A stretch of DNA of 64,000 nucleotides, taken from assembly GCF_000143415.4 (NCBI RefSeq), contig NW_003314338.1, positions 769,995 to 833,994 of the forward strand. The letters run 5' to 3'. A program made the position numbers and the translations under genes. How positions within the stretch are numbered: position 1 is the stretch's first letter; each line of letters starts with the position of its first letter. The stretch comes from Selaginella moellendorffii. Its lineage: Eukaryota > Plantae > Lycopodiophyta. Shown in pieces: positions 51,750-64,000 of this stretch. The notes beneath the pieces were generated by a model, which saw only the letters and a program-made list of their open reading frames with translations, was not told the DNA's origin and searched no databases.

Positions 51750-54000
51750 ATGGTAACAAAAAATCTTTCACAATTTTTATAGTTGATGTAGAAATTAAGA
51801 TTTGTAGACAACTTCTCAATCCCCTCTACATGAATAGAGCAAGTCTTTTAGCTTGTCTTTGCCTTGAAAATCAAATGTAAAACATTACTAATTAACAATA
51901 TTTCTCAAAATTAACCTTAGGTGGTATATGAGAACATATGTGCATTATATTTTCTATTGATTAACATAGAGGAAACACTTCCTTCACCACCAATTTAGCT
52001 GCATTGAGGGTACCATTTGGTTAACATATTTAATATTTTAAGGATCTTTTTGTGCAAATGAGCATTACTTTACCCTAGAGGATTTCTTACTTTAGTTTTT
52101 GGACACTTTTCCTTAAGAATATTCTACCATTGTATGATGAATGATTAGTGTCCTTTTGAGGTTGCAGTTTGTGACTAGAATTGTTGTTTTTTTTAGTATA
52201 CTTCCTCCAACACTCCTACTTTAACACTTTACTCTCAGTCACCATCTATTGGTGCTCATGTTTCAACAAGATTCATCTTGTTCTTATAGTCATTTCAATA
52301 GTAGTTGTTATAATTGTGATCAATTTGGTCATATAGTTGGTTTTGTCATCATTCTGAATGTATTTCCCAATTTTGTTGTCAATATCCATATCATACTCAT
52401 TTAGTTTCTCATGTTATTCTCTTTCTATAACAACTTCCTTAAGCTTATATAGCTAGTAATCCTAATGGACAACAATAACAAATATATATTACTAACAATG
52501 ACTCATCCCCTCCTATTTTATTTTGAACAAAGGATTTTCAATATGATCATGCTTATACTAATGGTGCTTTGCTAACTATTTATTCTTCTTTTTACTATTA
52601 TTATTGATGCTAGTTCCACATAATATATGGTTGAGCAATTTAATATTTTTTAAATAAAAATAAACAGCCTCAAGTGATCTTCCATACACCTATCTACTAT
52701 CCTTACTATATATTTTGAATTCTATAGTCCTTTCCTCCCCTATATAAAAGCTCATTTTGGCCTTTCACGCCAATCCTTCGAGATAGTTTTTGGGATAAAT
52801 TCAAAAACTTAATAAGTATGGAATGGTTTTATATTTTGAATTTGGATACAGGAATAACACTAAGTGTTTAGGCCATTCTTTACATTTGGGTAAATAATCA
52901 CTTCTTTCCTTATGCTTATGTGGCCAAAACTTAGTTTATTAATACTTGAACAAAAAAGACTAATAAAGGAACTAACAATACTAATCTCCTATTGTTGTGG
53001 TAGTATGAAAAAAATTCCAAAATAACTCATTAACAAGGTATGTTTGTTTAATAGTAGTGTTATTTTAATTTATTACTCTAAATTTCATGATTATCAAGTT
53101 ATTTTAGTTATGAGTTGTTTTTTTCTTGATTATAATTCTAAACATCTTATTGAAAGGTTTTGCAAATTCTTTTTTTGTTTCTCAAAGATGTTCTTCATAT
53201 TCTATCACTTCTGTAACACACATGAATTTGGAGTCAAACTCCAAGGCCATTTTGTTACAAAACAAGGGTTTAATATGCACTCAATATCCCCTACAAGCAC
53301 TAACTTCCTATATCTAGCTCATGTATGCAAAACAATGTTAAACAATGTTTAATACAATTTTGGCCTAACGCAAGGAGGAGGGTACCCAACTTACTAGAGT
53401 AGCATGGAGCTTAAGCTTAGACCCAAATTGGATGCAAAATAAGCAGTGATACAACCTAATAAAAGCCAAATTCATATTTTAGGTGGTCAACTATGCAAGC
53501 TAAATATTATTCATATTATACATTTGCAACCACCCACAACCCCCTCTCCCCTTAAGGAATGCATGCTTTGGGCTTTTACTCTAGTCATAAGATTTAGTTG
53601 CTCGAAACTTGCTAAATATAGAATGGTGCTAAATGGAGAATTGAGATGCGATAATAGGTTCAAAACACTCTCTACATTCTATAAATATACCTTTTAGACA
53701 CTTTGTAAAAATAGCATATGGATCTAGAATGAAACTAACATATAAAGTATGGTAGTGAGGGTGTCTGATAAACATGGTAAGCTATCATGTAGCAATATTA
53801 AGGAATTATACTCAATATCGTATGGGTTCTCAACACTAACAAATGTAACTTAACAAATGAGTTTCTTTAACCAAGTTAAATATGCTTGATTAATAGCATT
53901 TAGGAATTCCGTCCTTATAATCATCTAGTTATATGCACATGTAATAAATAATTTCTCAACTAACTTGGGTGGAGAATATAAAAGGAACAAATAGTACTAA
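51750..54000. mobile_element. Degenerate Ty1/copia remnant, copy 2
   Basis: Colinear with 38840-40560, plus an insertion of about 440 bp near 52637-53076. Confidence 0.7.
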
Positions 54001-54551
54001 CCTTTTGTTATCATGACAATAAGGAAAGAGTGTCTGCAAAGTTTGATAAATATTTTTCGATACCTAAAGTTACATTTGCAACACTCTCCTTGCCTTAGGG
54101 AAGATTGACATCCTCATTAATGCATACTCTAGCTTGAAAATCGTTAGAAAACAACTCTGAAAAATAATTTTGTGGGAGACACACCAACTTAAATGAATGG
54201 GGAAAACTACCTCTCTTCTACATTAAAAGATACTAGGACTTAAACACCTTTTTCATAAAGTTTGTTCTTAACATGTTTAGTTGCAACATAAAACTGCATG
54301 CTCGCAAGAAGCATTGTGTGTAGCCTCCATTTGTATAATCTAGATATCATCACAAGAATCCTTGAGCATCTCATGTGAACTGTGAGTTTGGACCTTCCAC
54401 CTCCACCATTGGAGCCTCCACCTCCACTTGCACCATGTCATGTGGAGTGTCCATTATAGCCTTAAGCATTTGTAAGCTTAGAGCCTCCACTACATTATAT
54501 GAAACCTACTCATTGATGAATTTATATTGCACTTGAAACTCCTTCACCATT

Positions 54552-54860
54552 TTGCATGAAAACTCTTCTTTTGTCTCCTCACATTACGCCTCTTCCTCCA
54601 TCTCCTCATGTGGAAGCACTTCTTTCATCTCCCCATGTTACACCTCCTTAAGAGGAAGTACATCCTCCATTTTGTTACATTGCACCTCCTCATATAGAAT
54701 CATATCTTCCATGTATTACACTTCCTCATATGAAAGCACCTCCTCCATTTTGTCATGTTGCACCTCCTCTTCCATCTCCTTGTATTGCACCTCCTTGCAT
54801 GGAGGCATCTCTTCCACCTCCTCATGTGGAGGGAGCTCTAGATCCTTCAGCATCTCATAA
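54552..54860 (-). repeat. Degenerate low-complexity repeat encoding EEV(Q/L)-like units on the minus strand
   Basis: Recurrent CACCTCCTC/CTCCATCTCC; minus strand reads HEEVEEMPPCKEVQYKEMEEEVQHDKMEEVLSYEEV*. Confidence 0.55.
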
Positions 54861-57182
54861 GACTCCTTGTGTTATGAAATAGAAAATTATGCTTCAGACT
54901 CCACAACCCCACTACAAAAGTCCCACAAGAGTTAACAAATGAATTTCAATTGTATTGAATTGAATCCTTACACTTCAAATGCAATCATTACACCATCTAT
55001 AGTAACAAAAACTCTAGTCAATGCATGTTTCTAAAGTGTTGGTGCAACTTCCTCTAGCATCTTTATTGCACTGGGATCCTCTATGATTTATAATGGAATT
55101 GTTTGTTTCATGATTTGTAGAGGAACAAGATCCTATTAGAAACCCCAAACATGCATGCTCCGTGGGTTTGGGGAATAGAGTACAACATGGTCCTCAATGT
55201 TGAGGCCATACACATATAAGTAGCAAGTTCACCTGAAAATTTGTGACACTCATCCCATCGGAGCATGAATGTTCTTCTGGGAAATTAAAAAAAAACAAGT
55301 GCATTAATGGATAGAATTTTATAATGCCACACACTTATTAATATCCTTGTACATGAACTTAACCATATATATGGTTGATCTCCAAACACTGTTATCCCCC
55401 AATCTCTATTCATGCTTTGTATAAGACACAAGTTCATGTTGTTTATTATGCATTTCAAAGCTTACCAGCAAGGGACTAATGCAAAAGCGTGTTCACATGA
55501 GTGTGGTCATGTATGTGTAAATCACACTTCATTGCAAATCATCTCTCTAAGAAAAGAAAATGATTTACGTGCTGAGTGATTGATAAAAGTAGAGGGCATC
55601 ACTTGTATGCCCCCTACCACATCATGCAAACACTTACATAAGTGCCATATAGAGAATTGAAAAAGTTATAAGTAATCATTATAAACATTTACTTGCGTGT
55701 ACATGTGGTGTTTCAATGCCCCATGATTGCATTCACTAGAATAAGCACAAAGCTTATACCAATAAGAAAAGCTAAATAAAGGAAAGCTTAACTCACTTGG
55801 AGTTGCAATGCACTTGAGCAAACAAATAAAATCTCTAACCCACAATCTGATGCAATGCCAACCACAATCCACTGTGATATAGGCACTTAAAGAGCACACA
55901 TTGATCAAGGTTTGGGTGAGAGCTTTTTGCATAGGCAGCTGTGATTCTCATTCCTGCATGTGTTAGGTGTGTTATGCTGTCCCTACACAAAGTGGGTGTA
56001 CACAAAACATCGAGAGCTGCCCGCCTGCAAACCTTGATTAATACATGTTTGTTGTGCCCACCACTTGCTAAAACTTGTTTTTCAAGTGCCCATGTTGCAC
56101 CCAAGATTGTGGGAAAGCTGTTGCTCTCGGTCAGGAAAGTAGTGCAGTATGAAAGACAAAAAAAACATTGCTATATTTTGTATTACATCACATATACCCA
56201 TGTGGCAAGCTAATGTGGTATAGCAATCTCACATGTCATACATATGTGGTAGAACCCCATATTGAATGCTATACCCATACACTTCAAATCACATTTTGGC
56301 CCCTAGGGCAATCAAAACGTAGTAACAATTATGGGCACTAGTGTTTACCTTATGTATTGATATGAAACCAAACCTGCCTGCTACAAATTGATTGCCATAA
56401 GGTGTGAATTAAACATGGGACCAAGAAATGTTTGATATGGCCAGGAGACTTATCAAAGTTATATGTGGTGACACATGGTTTTGTTCTCTTTATTGCATCT
56501 CATCATATTCTTTTGCAAGAGATAGATTTATATTGCGATGGGTAGTTTGTCAATTATGATACATGGTCATTTTATTGCCATGATCACAACTTTCACATGA
56601 ACAACTATGTTGTATTGTACACCCAAGAGCCAGAATTAATGATGGTCTAGGCATTCCCGAATGCACCACCACCAATTCCAACACCCCCCAGTTCCAGCAC
56701 ATGACTCTTTATGTAATGGGAGTGATGTCGAGCATTAGAAAGGAGAGCAGTACTTTATGTGTGTATAAGGATGGGCACACGCTACTTATTTACAAGGTGT
56801 TGTTTGAGGTGTTATTCATCGAGTTGCAACCTATGAAAGTTTCCAGCATGTCATATCCAAACACCACAGAGAAGATGGAGAGGCCACAGTACCTTCTAGT
56901 CCTTGACAACATCTCAGATAATAGACAATGAGGTTTTTGGTAAGTAGGTTCATAGCTGAGGATTGGCTTGCAGCATGCAATGGCAATAACCTTCACCCAT
57001 CCGTGCATGAGTGGATAGTCCGTTCAGTCAGTGTAATGGCAACCAAGGAGGCTCCACCACTTTGCCATGGGCTCTCCTTCTTGGCACCCGGCCAGAGAGT
57101 CACCTTGGAGCACTTCCACCTGGATTTTATGGTTGCAAGTGTCCACGTGCAACAAGAGGTACAAAACCTACAAGCACCGTGA

Positions 57183-57540
57183 GTCATCCACTCCAGGTGG
57201 GCCATGCTCAGAGTTCTCGGAGCGTTAAGTTTGGTGAGGCTCTGTGGTTCAAGGCCAGCTCGCAGATCTTTAAGGAAGGTGGCCTCGACTACCTGGGAAA
57301 TTCCAACCTCACAGAGCATCCTTGCCATCTGGGCCTGCCAAGTTATCCTCATGGGAGCTGTCGAGAGGTGGACCGCTTGGCGAGGGACTGGACAAGATCT
57401 ACCCCGGAGGTGCGTCTGATCCGCTCGGACTCGCTGACGACCCGATACTTTCGCTGAGCTCAAGGTGAAGGCATCGAGAACTTGTTCGACCACCTTGACA
57501 ACCCCACTGTCCACAACCTGGGCGTAATTCACTCCCGGAT
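57183..57540 (+). pseudogene. LHCB 3' fragment (unit 3)
   Basis: Same breakpoint and shared deletions as 41809-42180. Confidence 0.93.
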
Positions 57541-57892
57541 CTTTGTTCCGTGATCACTGTAAACCAGAATAAAAGAGGCTTCCTTCCTGTCACTGTTGAC
57601 GCTTAGGAACTCGTTGTGAAGAGCAGTGATCCTGCTGTACTTGACAAAGAAGATCCCCGTGTGCCTTTTCGGTTCGAGCTTGCAAAGCTCCCCGTTGAGA
57701 TCATTATACACGAAATGGCTGATAATTCCTGTTATCAAAGCTATGAATTGTCTCTGGAAAACACATATTGAGAATCAGAAAAAAGAAACAAGGAAGCCTG
57801 AACTAGTAACTTATCTTGACCGATTGTTGGGTGAAGAAGCACATCTTGTAAAAGACGGTATCAGAACAAGTGAAACAAGAAAAACGAAAGAG

Positions 57893-59884
57893 TCAATTCC
57901 AAGGAGAGTTTTCCATAGGCATGAGAATGGACTTGTGCTGGAGATATGGAAGCAAGCCTTCGTATCCATTCTCTCGACCGATTCCACTCATCTTGTAGCC
58001 TCCAAACGGTACTGCTGGTCCGTCTCCCAGGTAGCAATTCACATAGACAACGCCCGATTTGATCGACCTGGTCAGAAGATTGACTGTGTCAATGTTCTTG
58101 CTGAAGACCGCCGCTGCTAGACCGTAGTGTGTGCTGTTTGCAAGCTCCACGGCTTCGTCAAGAGTCCTGACTCAGTGAAGTAATTACCATCAGATAAACC
58201 AAGGTATAAACGAAGTTTTCTTACTTGAACTTGAGCACTGAAAGCACGGGACCAAAGATTTCCTCGCTGGCAATCTTCATAGATTGCTACACAAATGTCC
58301 TGGATGTTTTGAGAAAAGAGTAAGAGAATCTTAACACAGCAAACCTTGACGTCTCCAAAAATTGTTGGCTGGATGTAAAATCCTTTCTCGCCGATGCGTT
58401 TGCCTCCCACTAGAAGGCTGGCACCTTCTTTTTTTCCCGACTCAATGTAGCTCAAAACTCTGTCCAGCTGCTCCTGGTTGATCTGATAAAACAGCTCGTG
58501 ACTAGTATCCGAAAGATCAAGAGAGGATATTTTCTTACTTGGGGACCATTTTGGACTCCGGATTGGAAAGGATCTCCAATTACACGTTCGCTTGCCAGCT
58601 TGACAGACCTCTTGATAAACTCGTCATGAATACTTTCGTGAACAAAGACTCGCGATGCAGCAACACAGACTTGTCCCTGAAACACATGTCATCATTTCCA
58701 AACAAGTTCCCATCCTGAAAATTTCACCTGATGCATGAAAATGGCATCTTGAGAGACGGCCACAGCCGAGTCTAGGTCGGCATCCTCGCAGATTATAAAC
58801 GGAGATTTGCCGCCAAGCTCCAGTGTGACGGGCTTTAAGTTGCTTCTCGCAGCACTCTCCATTATCATTCTTCCAACTTCAGTGGAACCAGTAAATGTGA
58901 CCTGAGGAAAAAAAGGAACTTTTCTTTTCAATTGCAAGCTTTCTTACCTTATCCACGCTCATATGCTTCGAAATCGCGGCTCCTGCAGTGGGACCATAAC
59001 CAGGAATAACATTGAGGACTCCCGCGGGAATCCCTGCCTATATTCGTGAAGAAAAAATGACTTTTGTGTGCAAGTGTAGTGCAAGTCTTTCTTACCTCTT
59101 GAGAAAGACTCGCCAGGAGCAGTCCTGTCAAAGGTGTCTGCTCGGCAACCTTGACAACGATCGTATTTCCACAAGTTAACGCAGACCCGACTTTGTTGAG
59201 AAACAAATAAGCCGGGAAGTTCCACGGAACAATCGCTCCAACCACACCAATTGGCTCCAAAAGGGTGTAGCACATCCGAGTAGAATCAGTTCGCAAGGTC
59301 TTTCCATTGAGCTTGTCAGCCCAGCCTGAGAAAAAAAAAGCCACTCCACTGGTTCAGCAGTGTTTCGATATTGAAAATTTGTTTGTAGTACCTGCATTGT
59401 ATCGCAGAGAGGCAACCGAACCCGCAATTATCCCCTTGCTTAGATCGATCAACATTCCGTTGTTGAGGGTCTCAAGAGTTGCCAGTTCGTCGAGATGTTC
59501 CTCGATCACATCCGCGAACTTGTAAAGTATCCTTCCTCTTTCCTACCAAACGAGCATGAACAAAAGATAAGAAGAAAGAAGGAAGAAGGAATAACTCACA
59601 GCAGCAGCAAGGCGTGGCCAGGGCCCGTGGTCAAATGCTTCGCGCGCGGCTCTCACGGCCAGATCCACATCCGCCGCGTCTCCCTCGGCGACTTGAGCAA
59701 TACATTCCGAGTTGCTGGGATTGAAAGTGGAGAACGTCTTGCCTGCAAAAGATCCACAAAACCATTTCACGCTCACCGCAAAAGCACAAGAAAAGCAAAG
59801 ATCACAACCTGAGACAGCGTCCACGAATCGCCCATCGATGAAGAGCTTGGTGTGCTTGACGAGATCCTTGGCATCGCTCCCCAT
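57893..59884 (-). CDS. Family-2 aldehyde dehydrogenase (cytosolic, ALDH2C-like), copy 3; reading frame appears intact
   Basis: All exons present, [22 protein letters not shown] in frame, catalytic Glu (LELGGK) and Cys (QVCVA); no transit peptide. Confidence 0.82.
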
Positions 59885-60038
59885 ATCTTTTCTGCTTTGC
59901 TTGCTATCCAAACCCCAAGTAGTATACACCGGTGCGAATATCAAAGAGATTACATGTCCGACGTGCCCATCGGGATCTATGCTGTCAAAAGATTCGCGAA
60001 AAGGACTGACAAGCGATAAACTACGACACCCAAAGACT

Positions 60039-61066
60039 TCGGTTCATGTTGATGAAGAAGTTGGACAAGCCATCTTTTCATATATAAAATCTACAAGGTA
60101 AAATCTTCGTTCTTCTTTCTGTTTCTTACCTTTGTGTCTGGCAGAGATCCTATAGCGGATATACAGCATCAGATAACATTGAGAAATCAAAAGCCTGCTC
60201 CTTTCATGGCACCATTTCATCCTCGGGTCCCAACCGTATTGATCCAGACATTCTCAAGGGTTTTCAAATGTTTTCTCGCTTTTTTTCTTGGTAATTTTTG
60301 AAGATTTTTGTTCTTTCAGCCCGATATTACAGCTCCAGGAGTTCTAGCAGCAAAGACACAATTCAACAACTCTCAAATATCATACAAATTCGACTCTGGA
60401 ACTTCCATGTGTTGCCCTCACGTCACTGGGATTGTCGCCCTACTAAAATCCTATCGTCCAGCCTGGAGTCCAGAAGCAATCAAATCAGCCATAGTAACAA
60501 CAGGTAACTAAGTGATACATCTTTGTTTGTTACTGACACTTCAAAACAAAACAGGTTACTCATTCGATAATCTTGGAGAACCAATCAAGAATTCATCACG
60601 AGCTCCTGCATCACCCTTTTATTATGGTGGAGGGCATGTAAATCCAAATGCTGCTGCACACCCTGGCCTAGTATACGACGCCAACGAGCAAGACTACATT
60701 GGATATCTCTGCGGTCTGGGATACAACCAGACTGAACTTCAGATCCTCACGCAAACTTCAACTAAGTGTCCCGACAACCCCACAGACCTCAACTATCCAT
60801 CCATTGCCGCCTCCGATTTGCACCGCAGCAAAGTCGTGCAGAGGCGAGTGACGAACGTGGACGATGATGCGACGAACTACATGGCATCTATCGAGGCAGC
60901 GGAGAGTGTGTCTGTGTCGGTTCATCCATCGGTGCTGCGGTTCAAGCGCAAGAGCGAGACAGAAGCATTCCAGGTGATATTTAGAGTGGAGGACGACTCA
61001 AACATTGATAGAGCAACAGAAAGTTATACGGTCACTAGCCCCATTGCAGTCAAGCCGAGCAGATAA
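60039..61066 (+). pseudogene. Subtilase 3' half only
   Basis: Starts mid-PA domain (SVHVDEEVG) directly after the ALDH upstream region; PDITAPG, GTSMCCPHV, LNYPSI; indels. Confidence 0.9.
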
Positions 61067-62597
61067 AATATTCCAATGGAATAAAGATTGAAAAATTCCC
61101 AACCCGATGACGAAATGGAAAAAAATTGTGTAGTAGAATTGCACCCCAAAGCCGCATCTTCGGTTGATCAGCGCTTGCAATGTGGCAAGAACATCGGGAG
61201 AAATGCATAATGCAGTACCACCCTCTCTTACGTGGCTACCCCTTTCCACGCTCACTCTTCCTCCCTACTCTGAGTCACCCTTAATCACACCCGGCCCTAA
61301 ATGTTTAACGATTAAATTTAAATTAGTAACGTTAAATTTTAATTAGTAGATGTTGTTAACTGGTATGTTAACGACTATAATTTTGTAATTAGCCAGTGAA
61401 TTGGCTTGGTTTAGGTTTTTCCCTTCTTATATTTTTATTTTTTATTTTTATCATTCTATTTAGTATTATGGCTAGATTGGAATATATAAATCATGCTCAT
61501 CTTACTTTTTTCATATTGAGAGAATTAATAATATACTAGAACAATCTTTAATTTATAACAATGAGGTGGCATGCAAATCCAAATAAGAAAATGACCCTAA
61601 ATAAAGGGAGGTTCTGAATTGTGCATTCTACCTAGAACATCGATGTTGCTGCTCGTGCCGAGGAAACAACTCGGCACTCTATGTCGAATCTACAAAAACA
61701 GCTGCATCAATCTATAGTCTGGCAAGGAGAGCTAGGGAGAAGCTTAGATCCTGGAGAACCGGCCCTGGCTCCCTCTGGCTCTCGGTGACTCTGGCTCTCG
61801 GCCACTCCATGGAAGACCTGTGCTCTTAAGCTTGTTTGTTGATGAGGATTTGCCCATTGAATCTTGAAAGGAACAGGAAGCTTCCACAACTTTTGCCTAT
61901 AACTCCTTATATAGTTTATGTGCTTTAAAAAGGCGCCAAGTTAGTAAATATTAATATGTTTATAGTCCTGTCTGCCCAATTGACAAGCATATGATTTGTT
62001 CCATATCCTAATTTTCTTGAGTTTGTATGTGTGGTAAGAACCCCCATGGCTCAGGCAAAGAATGCAAACAATAGTAGCTTCTGCAATTAGCTTCGCCACT
62101 CTCACAAGCAAGAATCCATGGTCTTCCCACTGCTTCTGCCTGTGACAGCAGGGAGGGTTTTGCATGCCTCGAAGTGAACAACTTTGTCAACGAATTTGAT
62201 CCGTTCTACAGATGGTTTCCCTTGCCATGGCAACTAGCATCGACATCTAGCTTGCCAATTCCACCTACCAGCAAGCTAGTGTATGGGGAGTGATTAACAA
62301 ATTTTCCATGTCATTTTTTTTGTTAGTGAGATAGGGGAGCCAACAAACTGTATGCCTCAGCCAAGCCCCACATTTGCATAGGATTATCCATTGGTAGTAG
62401 CCAGAGCAATTGGTCATGCCTCTCAACTACTCCCATCTTTTCAATGGAGTGTGTAGAACTTAAACGAGAGAGATAGCACCAAGAAAGTGAATGGCTTGCT
62501 TGTACTGTCAGCCTCATAATCAAGCGGGTTTATTTATACAGTTTACAGTAAAATAAATTTACCAAATTATCACAAAGAAGAATAAAAAGACTTGGCA

Positions 62598-64000
62598 ATG
62601 GTAACAAAAAATCTTTCACAATTTTTATAGTTGATATGGAAATTGAGATTCCTAGACAACTTCTCAATCCCCTCTACATGAATAGAGCAAAGTCTTTTAG
62701 CTCATTTTTCGCTTGAAAATCAAATGTAAAACATTACTAATTAACAATATTTCTCAATTTTCTTTTAGATACTTTACTTGTGTGGCAAAATTAACCTTAT
62801 GTGGCATATGAGAACATATGTGCATTATATTTTCTATTGATTAACAGAGAGGAAACACTTCCTTCACCACCAAAGCCTTTTTCTAATTTAGCTCCATTGA
62901 GGGTACCATCTAAATGTTGCCACCAAGGTAAAACCATTTAGCTGGGATATTGGAATGTTTTTGAGCAAATGAACATGATTTTTACCCAAAAGAATTGCTT
63001 ACTTTAGTTTTTGGACACTCTTCCTTCAGAATATTCTACCATTGTTACAAGTTTTATAATGAATGATTAATGTACTTTTGAGGTTGTAGTTCATGACTAG
63101 AATTGTCCTTTTTTTTAATATGCTTCCACTGACACTTCTACTCTAGCACTTTACTCTCGGTCACTATTTATTAGTGCTCATGTTTCAAATAAGTGGTTTT
63201 ATTTTCCATAAGATTCATTTTGTTATTATAGTCATTCCATTAGTGGTTGTTATAATTGTGGTTAATCTGGTCATATAGCACAGTTTTATTATCAATCTTG
63301 TGAGTTTTATCATTATTCTGGATGTACTTCCTAATTTTATTGTCAGCATCCAAATTATACTCATTTAGTTTCTTGTGTTATTCCCTGTCCATAACAACTT
63401 CCTCAAGATTATATAGCTACTAGTTCTAATAGACAACAACAATAAATATATGCTACCATCAATAATTCATCCCCTTCTATTTTGTTTTCAATAGAAGATT
63501 TTTCAACACAATCATGTGGTGCTTTGCTAACTTTTTGTTCTTCTTTTACTATTATTATTGAGTATAGTGATATGGTTAAGCACTCTGAATTTCATGATTA
63601 TTAAGTTACTTTAGTTATGATATTTTTTTTCTTAGTGATAATTCTAAGCATTTTGTTGAAGGGATTTGCAAATTCTCTTTTGGTTTCTCAAAGGTTTTTT
63701 TCATATTTTATCATTTCACACTAATATTTTGTCACTATTATTTTACTAATGTTTAATTCTAATAGATATTCTATTTTGCATGGTCATCTTTTCCATGATA
63801 AAATCATATTTATATCCTTGATTTTTTATATGTTACTCTAAAGGAGTTTTCTTCCAGTACTTGTGATTTATAACATGTTAGGCTTAGTCATTTCCATTTA
63901 GAAGCTATTAAACATATTTCTAAAGTGGTTGAAAGTTTTTCTTTTGGTATTCATCCTCATCATAATTGTGAAACTTGTGCTCTGGAAAAATTCATATCTC
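62598..64000 (+). mobile_element. Degenerate Ty1/copia remnant, copy 3, not inverted; runs off the window
   Basis: TGGTAACA primer-site-like motif near 62598, CYNCG..GHIA knuckle, LHGHLFH and CETCALEK (63967) pre-integrase zinc-binding relics, all on the plus strand. Confidence 0.75.

Overview
Eukaryotic land-plant genomic DNA with very short introns (mostly 45-80 nt), dense genes and a relic of a flagellar PF20/SPAG16-type gene. This fits a sperm-producing plant, most likely the lycophyte Selaginella (inference only). Layout: (1) 1-7.3 kb is a nest of LTR retroelements. The youngest is a minus-strand Ty3/gypsy element of Tf1/sushi (chromovirus-like) type. It has no tRNA primer site, but a 14-nt self-priming complement to its own predicted 5' end, and a PEG10-like G-GGA-AAC -1 frameshift followed by a predicted H-type pseudoknot. 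(2) 7.4-29 kb is a block of single-copy genes: At2g33490-like, Alba/RGG, PUB62/63-like U-box with a long C-terminal extension, an intronless STE20/BLUS1-like kinase, a SETD6-like methyltransferase, GRWD1 head-to-head with histone H3.3, and LHCB2-like, plus PF20, subtilase and purple acid phosphatase relics. (3) 28.3-64 kb is a tandem triplication with periods of 13.5 and 15.4 kb. The unit is LHCB 3' half, ALDH2, subtilase A, an orphan gene relic, subtilase B and a copia relic, with traceable deletions, inversions, probable gene conversion and an intron present in only one copy. All calls come from reading the sequence and recalled family motifs; no database search was run.
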